From: a virus | Length of the DNA stretch: 64,000 nt | Reading direction: 5' to 3' (one strand) | Virus record (IMG/VR): IMGVR_UViG_3300013126_000014 | Span: 32,001 to 96,000 of that record | Part shown: positions 17,774 through 26,642 of the stretch, one piece after another | Position numbering within the stretch: the stretch's first letter is position 1 | Layout: every line of letters begins with the position of its first letter | Program-made: the position numbers and the translations under genes | The notes under the pieces: generated by a model | Told to the model about the DNA's origin: nothing | The model's database searches: none | What the model saw: the letters and a program-made list of their open reading frames with translations, nothing else

Positions 17774-17988
17774 AGCTTAGTGCAGCAGAGATCGAAAAAG
17801 TTTTAAACGATCTCGAAAAAGACACAAGGGCCTTAAAAGAAGAAGCACTGCATATTTCATGGTATATGAGGGGTGGTATCAGCTACGACGATGCTATGTT
17901 ACTGTGTGTTGCAGAAAGAGAAATTATTAATAAAATTATCAAAGAGAATCTAGAAACAACTAAAAAATCTGGATTACCATTCTTCTAA
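17770..17988 (+). CDS. gp51-like chaperone segment, probably the C-terminal part of a frameshift fusion
   Basis: ISWYMRGGISYDDAMLL...ERE motif; only a TTG start with no convincing SD; -1 frame relative to the upstream gene. Confidence 0.65.
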   Translation: MKLSAAEIEKVLNDLEKDTRALKEEALHISWYMRGGISYDDAMLLCVAEREIINKIIKENLETTKKSGLPFF

Positions 17989-18076
17989 TTATCGTGTGTT
18001 ATTAATCAGATCCCTTAGACTCTAAATAACTAACCCACTGTAGCAATACAGCGTTGGTAATATAGGAGTCCTATTA

Positions 18077-18310
18077 ATGGAAATCTTAACAAAAGTGAAA
18101 AGTTGGGCAAATGCCCTTGCAGATGCGTTAGTTAGCGTTTTGGCCCTAGCTATCGTTCTAGAAGTATTGTTCAAGGGAGCAGCTGTCCCATTTCTACCAG
18201 CAACAGATGTAATTGGTTCAGTTACAGCAATCATTAAAACACTAGGTGGTGAAGGTGTTGTTGGGTTAGTAGCTTTATGGGTACTATATTCAATTTGGAA
18301 GAACAAATAA
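18077..18310 (+). CDS. Small membrane protein (possible holin or lysis accessory)
   Basis: 77 aa with 2-3 hydrophobic segments and a basic C-terminus; TAAATA at 18023, AGGAG SD, own terminator. Confidence 0.6.
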   Translation: MEILTKVKSWANALADALVSVLALAIVLEVLFKGAAVPFLPATDVIGSVTAIIKTLGGEGVVGLVALWVLYSIWKNK

Positions 18311-18333
18311 TTTAATTGTTTTTTGATTTCAAG

Positions 18334-18364
18334 AAAGGGCATAGTTAACTCTATGCTCTTTTTT
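18334..18364 (+). terminator. Intrinsic terminator
   Basis: AAAGGGCATAG-ttaact-CTATGCTCTTTTTT. Confidence 0.8.
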
Positions 18365-18380
18365 ATTCTCTACTGCTTTA

Positions 18381-18831
18381 AGATGTCTACGACATCTGCG
18401 TTATCGCTATCGCTCAACGCTTTTTTTCTAATTTAAGATTACTCTAAATTATTTTGATTTATTGTAAGTCTTTAAGTGCTTCATCTAGATTTGGTCATAC
18501 TTCACCTATCCGCAGGCAAAGTATGAGACAGGACTTCATCTGAGTCGACAGTCATACTAACTAAAGGAGATTGTTTCACAACACGGAGGCGGTCATCCGG
18601 TACCCCCTACTCCAGCTTCAAAATGACGGGTGCTGTATAGCCGTAGTTAGCCAACTATACGAGTCACGTAGGTTGTATCTTTTTCACAGAGCCTACATCT
18701 TTCGGCTTTTATGCCTAATTGATTTTACGTCAATGCCATTCAGTGTGTAGTCTACTCTACACGTTCCATGTGCGGCCATTACGCGAGCACAATCACCTCT
18801 GAATACAGTTTAAACTGCGATTGCGGCTGTT
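18381..18831 (-). ncRNA. Candidate large structured non-coding RNA (alternatively a structured origin region)
   Basis: About 450 nt with no credible ORF and at least 9 helices; several need G-U pairs only on the minus strand; possible pseudoknot (see findings). Confidence 0.6.
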
Positions 18832-19269
18832 TTACTTCTTTATTACTAAATCTTTTACGGAATTTTTGCCTAGTTTGATTTGAATGATGCCATTATAGTT
18901 GTTTTCACGTAGTAGCACATCTTCTTTAAATTGATAATATGCTTCTAAATAATTTGTTTCACCACGTGAGCTACACAAATGTATGATTTCGCGAGTAAAC
19001 TTGTCTTTGCCATGAGTGTCGATATCAGCCTGTAGTCTTGGACTAGATCCCCAGTAGGTCTTCCAATCTGTTTCTACCGTTTCACGACGTTTGTTTTTCT
19101 TGCCTTTTAGAGGTGGTCTCTTTTTGATCGTGGTAAAATATTTGCGGCCAATATAGTCATGACCATTTAGTGTGTTTGTAATTCTATAGATGAAACCATA
19201 ATAAGTGCCGATATCCTCAGACTCAAATGCTACACCGTTATAAGTCCAAGGATGATCGTATGATGCCAT
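18832..19269 (-). CDS. Single-domain GIY-YIG nuclease (Seg-like)
   Basis: GFIYRITNTLNGHDYIGRK...YWGSS...FTREII...LE...YN. Confidence 0.85.
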   Translation of the reverse strand: MASYDHPWTYNGVAFESEDIGTYYGFIYRITNTLNGHDYIGRKYFTTIKKRPPLKGKKNKRRETVETDWKTYWGSSPRLQADIDTHGKDKFTREIIHLCSSRGETNYLEAYYQFKEDVLLRENNYNGIIQIKLGKNSVKDLVIKK

Positions 19270-19277
19270 AATGCTAT

Positions 19278-19469
19278 TTATTTTGCTGCCTTAGCTGCAT
19301 TCTTCTTTTCTTGAATTTCTGCACGTCTTGCTTTAGTTAGTTTACCTAAGTCACCTAGCGCACCGCGAGCACGTGTACCTGCTGCGCCTACACCTTTGCC
19401 TTCAAATTTTTCATTTTCTGCTAGGTATGCTTCATATGCTGCTACAATTTGTTCATGTGTTGTTGCCAT
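19278..19469 (-). CDS. Histone H1-like (Hc1-type) small DNA-binding protein
   Basis: EKFEGKGVGAAGTRARGALGDLGKLTKARRAEIQEKK resembles the Hc1 N-terminal motif; AAGGAG SD. Confidence 0.7.
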   Translation of the reverse strand: MATTHEQIVAAYEAYLAENEKFEGKGVGAAGTRARGALGDLGKLTKARRAEIQEKKNAAKAAK

Positions 19470-19480
19470 TTTACTTCTCC

Positions 19481-19648
19481 TTAGTGTTTAATCATTGCTT
19501 GTTTACGAGCAATCTCGTTACGAATCTTTGCTTTGTTCTTTTTTTGTGCTGTCTTTTCAAACAAAGTTTCTAATTGGTTAATGTTTAGCGGACCTAGTCT
19601 AGGTTTACCGGTACGAGTCTGCATGGGGTTTGCTTTTTTAATTGCCAT
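19481..19648 (-). CDS. Small basic protein (55 aa, below the ORF-track cutoff)
   Basis: AAGGAG SD; MAIKKANPMQTRTGKPRLGPLNINQL...KAKIRNEIARKQAMIKH*. Confidence 0.75.
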   Translation of the reverse strand: MAIKKANPMQTRTGKPRLGPLNINQLETLFEKTAQKKNKAKIRNEIARKQAMIKH

Positions 19649-19663
19649 AACTACTCCTTTGTG

Positions 19664-20245
19664 TTATTTACTGCTAAAGTTCACGTATAAAATAATTTCT
19701 TCTACACAGGTATTTGTTTGTATTGTGGTAGAATATCTGATAAAATTTGCTAGGTCTCCACAATCTACGCCGTTTCCAGTCCAGGTTGTTCGAGATCTAG
19801 ATAGTTCAGTATCTAATCTATCTGGCGTAATTAAGGTAGTTTTAAATTTTACCAAATCATTTTTAAATGCCATTGTACATTGTCGACTAGCATGTGCCAG
19901 CGCAGATTTTGCCACGCGATATGTTTCAAATCTTGGTTCAGGAGCCACAATGTGGTCAGCCCCAACGCTGCCTATGTTAAAAATCCAACCTTGTTTATTA
20001 TGTTCCTTCCAAAGATTATAAACTTCTAATAATACCTGTACTTGTCCAAAATTTGCCCATTCTTCTTGTGGCGGCCCATCAAAGGCATTATTTACAAATA
20101 CGTCATAATCTAAACTTTTCTCAGCAACGGCTTTGGGATTTATAGCAATATCATATCCGTCGTTACGGCTAATACTGTCTCCGTGAAACCTTGCGACTAG
20201 CTCTTGACCTAATCCTCTGTTACCGCCTGTTATTAAAAATCTCAT
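19664..20245 (-). CDS. Short-chain dehydrogenase/reductase
   Basis: TGGNRGLG Rossmann motif, NNA, YRVAK (YxxxK); ATG overlaps the upstream TGA. Confidence 0.88.
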   Translation of the reverse strand: MRFLITGGNRGLGQELVARFHGDSISRNDGYDIAINPKAVAEKSLDYDVFVNNAFDGPPQEEWANFGQVQVLLEVYNLWKEHNKQGWIFNIGSVGADHIVAPEPRFETYRVAKSALAHASRQCTMAFKNDLVKFKTTLITPDRLDTELSRSRTTWTGNGVDCGDLANFIRYSTTIQTNTCVEEIILYVNFSSK

Positions 20246-21342
20246 AAATTCTGATCCCACACTTTAGTTAATTTTGTGCCGCATGTCATAGCACACTCAA
20301 ATATACGTCCTTCTGCTAAACTCTTAGACCAACTATCTGTTACGTGTTGCCAAAATGGATTATTAAAAATTTCTTCTAAAGTTCTGTTATTGATGTTTAA
20401 ATTTTCTTTTCCGTAAAAGTCTACAATACTTTGTATTTGATTGCGACCATTAGATAAACTCAATCGATTGGCTCCAGGTAAACTACCGTCGTGGAATCTA
20501 GCATCATAAAGATTGTGTGTAAAGAAATTACAAGGCAATACTAACCCTTCTGCGCTGATAATTACTTTACGACCTAATAGAGCATCGCAACGTATTTTGG
20601 TAGCGTTAAAATACTCCTCTACGTCTGTGTATTCTTTCTTAAGCTCTACTAACTTTAACATACTACGGTTTCGAAATGCTAGATTTTTTGGAGGTCTTAG
20701 TTCGTATCCCGGCGCAGGCCAGCTGGGCATCTCTTCAACGGCAGTGTGATTAAAAAATCTACCTGTACTTCTTGGTAAGAAACTTTCAAAGCCCATGTCA
20801 ACACTTAGTTGTCGTGCTTCTTCAACTTGATGTTCATTATGCTCGAATACAATAAAATTCCACTGTGCTTTACCTCCGGCACGTATAAATGCCTGTGCAT
20901 TTTCTATCACACGATCAAAATTTACATTTCTGCGATACAGATGATTGGTGTCAGATAGACCATCGATGCCAAAATCTATCTTACCGTAACCATTTAAAAC
21001 TTGTGCTAATTCTGTCCACCATTCTGTGTTTCTGATTCCGCCATTGGTATGTATGTACAGCCAAACAGTGGGGGATTTTTTTCGAAAATCTTTGAGGATA
21101 TCTAAGAATTTGTGATGTGCAATTGGATCACCATAACTACCACAAAAGAATATCTGTCTTAGTCGACATACTAGCTCCTTAGGAAATGCGCGATCTATAA
21201 TACTTTGATCAATGCTAGTTAAGGGCATGTAAGGATTTACCCCCTTGCCAAGATTGTTACGGGGGCATTGAGGACAAGCAGCGTTACATAAACTTGTAAT
21301 CTCAATTTGATACTCGTCTATGATATTATAATCAAACAACAT
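20242..21342 (-). CDS. Radical SAM protein with C-terminal Twitch/SPASM-like domain
   Basis: CNAACPQC; C-terminal C...GLVLPC...CAMTC. Confidence 0.9.
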   Translation of the reverse strand: MLFDYNIIDEYQIEITSLCNAACPQCPRNNLGKGVNPYMPLTSIDQSIIDRAFPKELVCRLRQIFFCGSYGDPIAHHKFLDILKDFRKKSPTVWLYIHTNGGIRNTEWWTELAQVLNGYGKIDFGIDGLSDTNHLYRRNVNFDRVIENAQAFIRAGGKAQWNFIVFEHNEHQVEEARQLSVDMGFESFLPRSTGRFFNHTAVEEMPSWPAPGYELRPPKNLAFRNRSMLKLVELKKEYTDVEEYFNATKIRCDALLGRKVIISAEGLVLPCNFFTHNLYDARFHDGSLPGANRLSLSNGRNQIQSIVDFYGKENLNINNRTLEEIFNNPFWQHVTDSWSKSLAEGRIFECAMTCGTKLTKVWDQNL

Positions 21343-23107
21343 CTACGTCCGTGTTATAGGTAGTGAACCCGTTTTCTTTAACTACCGTAAGGATATTATT
21401 TACACGCCCTGCTAGTTCATCTTTGTGGCTAACTAACCATACACTCTTGTTGTTGTCACGGGTCATTTTCTTAAGAATAGCCAGTGCGTTTTCTACCCCG
21501 CTGCTATCCATGCCACTATCAACTAATTCGTCAATGAATAACAAATTAATAGGTTGATATAAACTTTCCCACACATCACGGAATGCCCACGACAGTGAAA
21601 GAATAAGTCGATTGCGCTCACCACGCGATAGATTATCAAAATCTAGTTCGCGTCCTAGTTCTTGTATTTCTACATTTAGGTCATTTAAGAATTTAACTTC
21701 ATGCGGTAATCCAATTTTTTCTAAGTAATAGCTTAGTCGAGCATTTAAGTAACTTAAATTTTGGTCAATGATACGTTTACGTATATAACTGTCTTTATTC
21801 GTAAGCAACTTGTATAAGAATTCTTGGTGTTCGCGTACACGCACTAACTCGTTCATAGTAGTGTAGTCAATTTCAGCAAGGGCTGTGTCTTTCATTTCTT
21901 CAATCTGTTCAGTATAAGGATCTGTTTCGATACGCTTTGCTTCTAGTTGTGTTTGCAAACTAGCTACAGTTGAGCGATGATGAATGGCGTCTTCTTCTTG
22001 GTCGTAAAACACCTTAGGTTGTTGGCCTAGCTCACCTAATTCTTTAAGAGCGTCGTTGTTCTGTATTAATTGAGTTTGTGTGCTCATGTACTGTAACGCG
22101 GCTTCTTTTAATGCTTCTTCTTTGGACTGTAAAACTTCTTCGTGTTTAGTGTCGTGCATAGTTTGACCACAGGCGTAACACTTGTGTTCTTTAAGATCGG
22201 CAAGTTCTGTCTCTAATTTAGTAATTGCTTTTTCTTCTTTAATCATATCCTGTTCGCAGCGCAAGATATATTTCTTTAACTCGTCAATGTCTTTGCGCTT
22301 TTGGTTATATGTAGTTAATGCTTTGTGCGCAGAAATTTCACTATCAATATCAATATGCGATAATTCGTTTATAGCTGTTTCTAGTCTAGCAACATCTTCG
22401 GTATGTTTATTGCGCCACATGGTCTGTCTACGTTCTAAACTAACAATTTGCTCTTTGATACGCTCGTTAGCTTCCTGAATTGCTTTAATTTTGTATTCTT
22501 CAGCGGTAATAGCATCACGACTTGCTTTTTGTTGTTCTTTTAATGCTTCTGCTTTTTCACTTAGTAATGTAATACCAAGTAACTGCTCAATGATAGCACG
22601 CTGGTCACCTGATTTTAAACTTAAGAACGGTTCAGTATAGGTGTTAAGTGCCACAATGTGTTTAAACATATCATGCGTCATGCCCAACAAACGTTCAATT
22701 TCGGCTTGTGTTTCGCGACTGTCGCCCTGACTATTGTCGTCTTTTGATTCTTGTTCGATATCGCCAATATAAAACTTCATTACATTTGACTTGCGACCGC
22801 GCTCAATTTTATAGTCAATACCATTAACTTCAAATTCAATAGTAACTAACATATTTTTGCCGTTAGTTTTATTAATCAAATTATCTTTGCGTATGTTGGT
22901 TAATGCATTACCGTACAAGGCATATGATAGTGCATTAATGATAGTAGTTTTGCCAGTACCATTGCGTGCACCGCTATCATCTCCACCTAGATCGATGTTC
23001 TCACCCAAAACTAATGTTAGATCTTTACGATCAAAGTTAACGGCCTGTGTAGCATTACCTACACTCATAAAATTGCGAACTGTAAGATGTTTTATTTTAA
23101 AACTCAT
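21332..23107 (-). CDS. gp46: Recombination nuclease ATPase subunit, gp46/Rad50-like
   Basis: Walker A NGTGKTT, CYAC zinc hook, LSRGE signature, FIDE Walker B, H-loop SH. Confidence 0.95.
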   Translation of the reverse strand: MSFKIKHLTVRNFMSVGNATQAVNFDRKDLTLVLGENIDLGGDDSGARNGTGKTTIINALSYALYGNALTNIRKDNLINKTNGKNMLVTIEFEVNGIDYKIERGRKSNVMKFYIGDIEQESKDDNSQGDSRETQAEIERLLGMTHDMFKHIVALNTYTEPFLSLKSGDQRAIIEQLLGITLLSEKAEALKEQQKASRDAITAEEYKIKAIQEANERIKEQIVSLERRQTMWRNKHTEDVARLETAINELSHIDIDSEISAHKALTTYNQKRKDIDELKKYILRCEQDMIKEEKAITKLETELADLKEHKCYACGQTMHDTKHEEVLQSKEEALKEAALQYMSTQTQLIQNNDALKELGELGQQPKVFYDQEEDAIHHRSTVASLQTQLEAKRIETDPYTEQIEEMKDTALAEIDYTTMNELVRVREHQEFLYKLLTNKDSYIRKRIIDQNLSYLNARLSYYLEKIGLPHEVKFLNDLNVEIQELGRELDFDNLSRGERNRLILSLSWAFRDVWESLYQPINLLFIDELVDSGMDSSGVENALAILKKMTRDNNKSVWLVSHKDELAGRVNNILTVVKENGFTTYNTDVDVV

Positions 23108-24120
23108 AGGTGTCTATAGATATCCAATAATAATTTAGGTTCGTAGTGATCTGAGTTAATATTTGTAAGATTATTAGTAACGATAGTGTCAATACTTTCA
23201 AATTGCACGTTACCTAAAACAATATCTTGACCAATATCTGTGTGTTTAACAGGAATCAATGTTAACTCCCGTAAGTTGTATGTACCAACAAAAGTTTCTT
23301 TAATAAATGTTGCTTCTTCGTAAGTAATATCAATGTCTATATTAACACGGGTGTGCATGTCTTTTAATAATAACGCTTCTGGAGTGCGCAGAACATCACT
23401 TAGATTGTATACACGATATTTGGGCTGATCGGGCCAACTATAGAATTCTGCTTCTTTGCCCCACTCTAAGACCATCATACCTCGCTCGTCGTCGCCTGCG
23501 TCGGCATAATTGTGCGGGAAACAATTACCAATGTAAGTAATATTTTTAGCTGTCTGACGTTTATGAAAGTGTCCGCTGAACACATGATCGATATGGCCAA
23601 AGTTTTCACTACGCAATTCACCATGCTCTGGCATCTGTACCATAGCATTCATGTAGAAATGCGGCAGTTCGAAGTGCCCAAACATATACTTGGCATTTAG
23701 TTTGCCAATGCGCTTATGATCATCACCCACAAGCCAAGGAGCGATGACAACATCGCTATCAACAAACCAATCATTAACAATTCTGACATTAGGTAAGTGC
23801 CTTGCCCATTCCACGCTTTGAATATCTCTTTTGTCGCGATAATAAAGATCGTGATTACCAGGAATGAAATAAACAACATCAAAAGCATCATTTAATAACT
23901 CCAGTGCTCGTAAGCTGTAGTTGAGTGTGACTATGTTAATTGCCGCACGGTTGTTGTGCCAGTCACCTAAGAAGAAACAGGTCTCGCAACCTTCTTCTTT
24001 TGCTTTCAAAATAAACCAACGAACAAAATTTAAACAGTCGTCGTTGTGTGTTTGACTGTTGGACTTTAACCCAAAATGGATATCGGTAAGAACCGCTGCT
24101 TTTTTAAATAAATTTGCCAT
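23104..24120 (-). CDS. gp47: Recombination nuclease subunit, gp47/Mre11-like
   Basis: DIHFG, GDWH, GNHD, GHFH metallophosphoesterase motifs; start placed at ATG 24120. Confidence 0.94.
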   Translation of the reverse strand: MANLFKKAAVLTDIHFGLKSNSQTHNDDCLNFVRWFILKAKEEGCETCFFLGDWHNNRAAINIVTLNYSLRALELLNDAFDVVYFIPGNHDLYYRDKRDIQSVEWARHLPNVRIVNDWFVDSDVVIAPWLVGDDHKRIGKLNAKYMFGHFELPHFYMNAMVQMPEHGELRSENFGHIDHVFSGHFHKRQTAKNITYIGNCFPHNYADAGDDERGMMVLEWGKEAEFYSWPDQPKYRVYNLSDVLRTPEALLLKDMHTRVNIDIDITYEEATFIKETFVGTYNLRELTLIPVKHTDIGQDIVLGNVQFESIDTIVTNNLTNINSDHYEPKLLLDIYRHL

Positions 24121-24142
24121 AACAATAGTATAACAGTTCCTA

Positions 24143-25693
24143 TTAATTAATTCCAATGATTTTGAGTAATCTTGCTCTGCAGGTTTCTGTTTTAATCCCG
24201 TTTTCCCAAAGCAATCCTCGATAGTGATCGCCGTGTTCGCATATATCTAAAATTTCCTCGTGGGTCATTCCTAGTGCCCTCATATCTGCGTATCTTGTAA
24301 AAAACACATTAACTTTACTAAGATTTGCTTTTTTTACAAAGTCGGCAGCCTCACTAAATGTTAATCCTACGTTAGACACCCATTCTTTTATGTTAATAAA
24401 TTTATAACCGTACTTGGCATTATTCGTACTGATAGCACTTGCCCGCTCTAATTTTTTAAGCATAGGAGCGTCGTCTTTAGCAACTTCGAGGTAGTGCCAA
24501 ATTACTGCGTGCATAAGGTCTGTGCTTTCTAACCAAGCATCGGTCTCTAGTAGACTTTCTAATGGTTCATGAGGTAATCCAGCAATAAAAAAACCGTGTA
24601 TGAGGATTTGATTATCCCATATTTTTTTAAGCATTTCTAACGTTTCAATGATACGTTTTTTACCTACTCCTTTGCCTACACTCTGACCTGCCTTGTCATG
24701 CAACGTCTCAACTCCAAAACTAGCTGCACGCCATCCGCTATCTAATAGCATCTGCGCCTGATCGGGTCTATTCCAAATTAAATCCAATCGTAAATAGCCA
24801 GCAAGTTGCGGTTTGAACGGTAGTCGATTCCAGCATTTCTCGTAGAGCTCTTTAACCTTTGTTCGATCGTCGTTGTACAAATCATCCATGATAACAAAAT
24901 TAGTAGTGCCATATTTGTTATACATTTTAGTAATTTCTTCTCGTAGGTAGCTGGGGTTAACATAATTATCAGTAACCCCTTTCATGTCGTAATTACAAAA
25001 CGCACATTTAAATGCGCATCCTCGACTGACTTCAATAGGTAGCCATTCGTGTGATTCAATATAGTCAGTGTCAGTGTATTCTATAAAACTAAATTTAAAA
25101 TCAGTTAAATCGTAATCGTCATTTGATGGCAAATCCGTTGTATTAAAATCCCCTCGATCTAATCTTCGAGTGTATTCTAACAGCGCCAGTTCAGCATTAT
25201 GTTTGATATATGTTGCTTCGGGTACTAAGTGTTTGGAAGTAAAAAACGGGTTTCTGCTAAGAATACTACCACCAAACACCAACTGGCACTGCGGGTTGTA
25301 TTCTTTAGCGATTGACCAAATATCTCTGAATGTCTCAGTGTCATATATACATCCTAGATATTTCTTTTTATCAATATGGTCAGTATAAAACCAACTCCAA
25401 ATTGGATCGTCAATTAGTAACTTATCCTCAGTCCATTGATCATAATATGGTTGATCTTTAATACCTGGAAGCCAGTTTGTACTGAACCCTACCCACAACA
25501 AATTTTCGCTAGCATACCTGCGCATGACCTGTTCGTAACCTTTGCGAGTCAATGCAGTACAGTTAGGAATTACCTGTACATTGTATCCGTGGTGCCTTAG
25601 GTACGATGCTAGTTTATAAGGCCCGCACGGTCTATTGTACCAATAGATATCATGCGACATTCCTACAAATAGGATAGCCTGCGGCTTAGTCAT
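24143..25693 (-). CDS. B12-binding-domain-type radical SAM protein
   Basis: N-terminal GPYKLASYLRHHGYNVQVI...VGFS...VFGG; SRGCAFKCAFC; FGVET; FIAGLPHE. Confidence 0.85.
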   Translation of the reverse strand: MTKPQAILFVGMSHDIYWYNRPCGPYKLASYLRHHGYNVQVIPNCTALTRKGYEQVMRRYASENLLWVGFSTNWLPGIKDQPYYDQWTEDKLLIDDPIWSWFYTDHIDKKKYLGCIYDTETFRDIWSIAKEYNPQCQLVFGGSILSRNPFFTSKHLVPEATYIKHNAELALLEYTRRLDRGDFNTTDLPSNDDYDLTDFKFSFIEYTDTDYIESHEWLPIEVSRGCAFKCAFCNYDMKGVTDNYVNPSYLREEITKMYNKYGTTNFVIMDDLYNDDRTKVKELYEKCWNRLPFKPQLAGYLRLDLIWNRPDQAQMLLDSGWRAASFGVETLHDKAGQSVGKGVGKKRIIETLEMLKKIWDNQILIHGFFIAGLPHEPLESLLETDAWLESTDLMHAVIWHYLEVAKDDAPMLKKLERASAISTNNAKYGYKFINIKEWVSNVGLTFSEAADFVKKANLSKVNVFFTRYADMRALGMTHEEILDICEHGDHYRGLLWENGIKTETCRARLLKIIGIN

Positions 25694-26570
25694 CAGCACC
25701 CCAGCCACCACCGCCCCATTCACCTTGGCGTGTATAACTTGGTGTGTAGTTATTCATTTCTAAAATATCATCACGAATGTTTTGATTACGCTTTTCAATA
25801 TTTAAAACACGGGTAAATGAATTGGTGATTGCCGCTGTGTAATAAGCAAACGGATTTTGTGATTTACTTTCATCAAACTGTAGACCAATTTGACTTAGCT
25901 GTAGTAATGCTTGACTACGCATTTCGTCGTTGTAAGTGTAACCTCGCCAGTTGCTTCGAGTGGCATATCTCTCACATAACTTGATGAACATGTGTGCTAG
26001 TTTTGGAGTCATTTGTCCATGGTCTTTACTAAATTGACCCGGATCTAACCCGTCTGTCCAATGACTTTTACCTACGCAGTATGCATTGCCGTCTTCATTG
26101 ACTTTAAAGTGTTGGAACGGAGGAAAATTAACTTTAATGTATTTGGCAGGTGCTTTGATACTTACAGACGGGTCATCGTATTCAGTTTCAAAAATGTCGT
26201 CATCTTCTAATTCTTCTTGAAGTTTTGCATTGGCCTTCTTTTGTTTAACTTCGTCGATTGGTATGTGATCCCATGTCATAACACGAAATACAACATCTGT
26301 TATGGGAATTTTGCTAGCAGGTAGTAAAAACTCATCAAGTTTGCGCTTGTTTCCTGCTAATAGCTCTGCTTCTTGTTGTTCTTTAGCTAACCGTTCTGCA
26401 CGCAGTTTGCGTGCTTCATCTAATTTAGATTTCTTTGTAATTTTTTCAATATTATCTACAATGATATCGTAACTAGTGACAGTTAGGTCACTAAAGGTGC
26501 AGTAAGTTAGTTTACTTTTGTGAATCTCTTTAAGAATATCTTTGTTATTTAAATAGTTAACCTTTCGCAT
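25686..26570 (-). CDS. gp55: Late-transcription sigma factor, gp55-like
   Basis: NYLNNKD, NWRGYTYNDEM, QFDESKSQNPFAYYT...F.R.LN.EK; syntenic with gp47/gp46. Confidence 0.9.
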   Translation of the reverse strand: MRKVNYLNNKDILKEIHKSKLTYCTFSDLTVTSYDIIVDNIEKITKKSKLDEARKLRAERLAKEQQEAELLAGNKRKLDEFLLPASKIPITDVVFRVMTWDHIPIDEVKQKKANAKLQEELEDDDIFETEYDDPSVSIKAPAKYIKVNFPPFQHFKVNEDGNAYCVGKSHWTDGLDPGQFSKDHGQMTPKLAHMFIKLCERYATRSNWRGYTYNDEMRSQALLQLSQIGLQFDESKSQNPFAYYTAAITNSFTRVLNIEKRNQNIRDDILEMNNYTPSYTRQGEWGGGGWGADD

Positions 26571-26642
26571 TCAGTTAGTTTCCTTTTATATACTACTATA
26601 TTACAGTCAATAAATACAATAAAGCAAGAGGTAAGGTTAAAA

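Noticed and set aside
18381-18831. Group I intron, hammerhead ribozyme, tmRNA, RNase P or a small ORF after AAGGAG (18564)
   Set aside because: No interrupted gene flanks it, I could not find the diagnostic cores (CUGAUGA/GAAA, P7, tRNA-like ends) by eye, and no properly spaced start follows the AAGGAG. An Rfam search is still needed.
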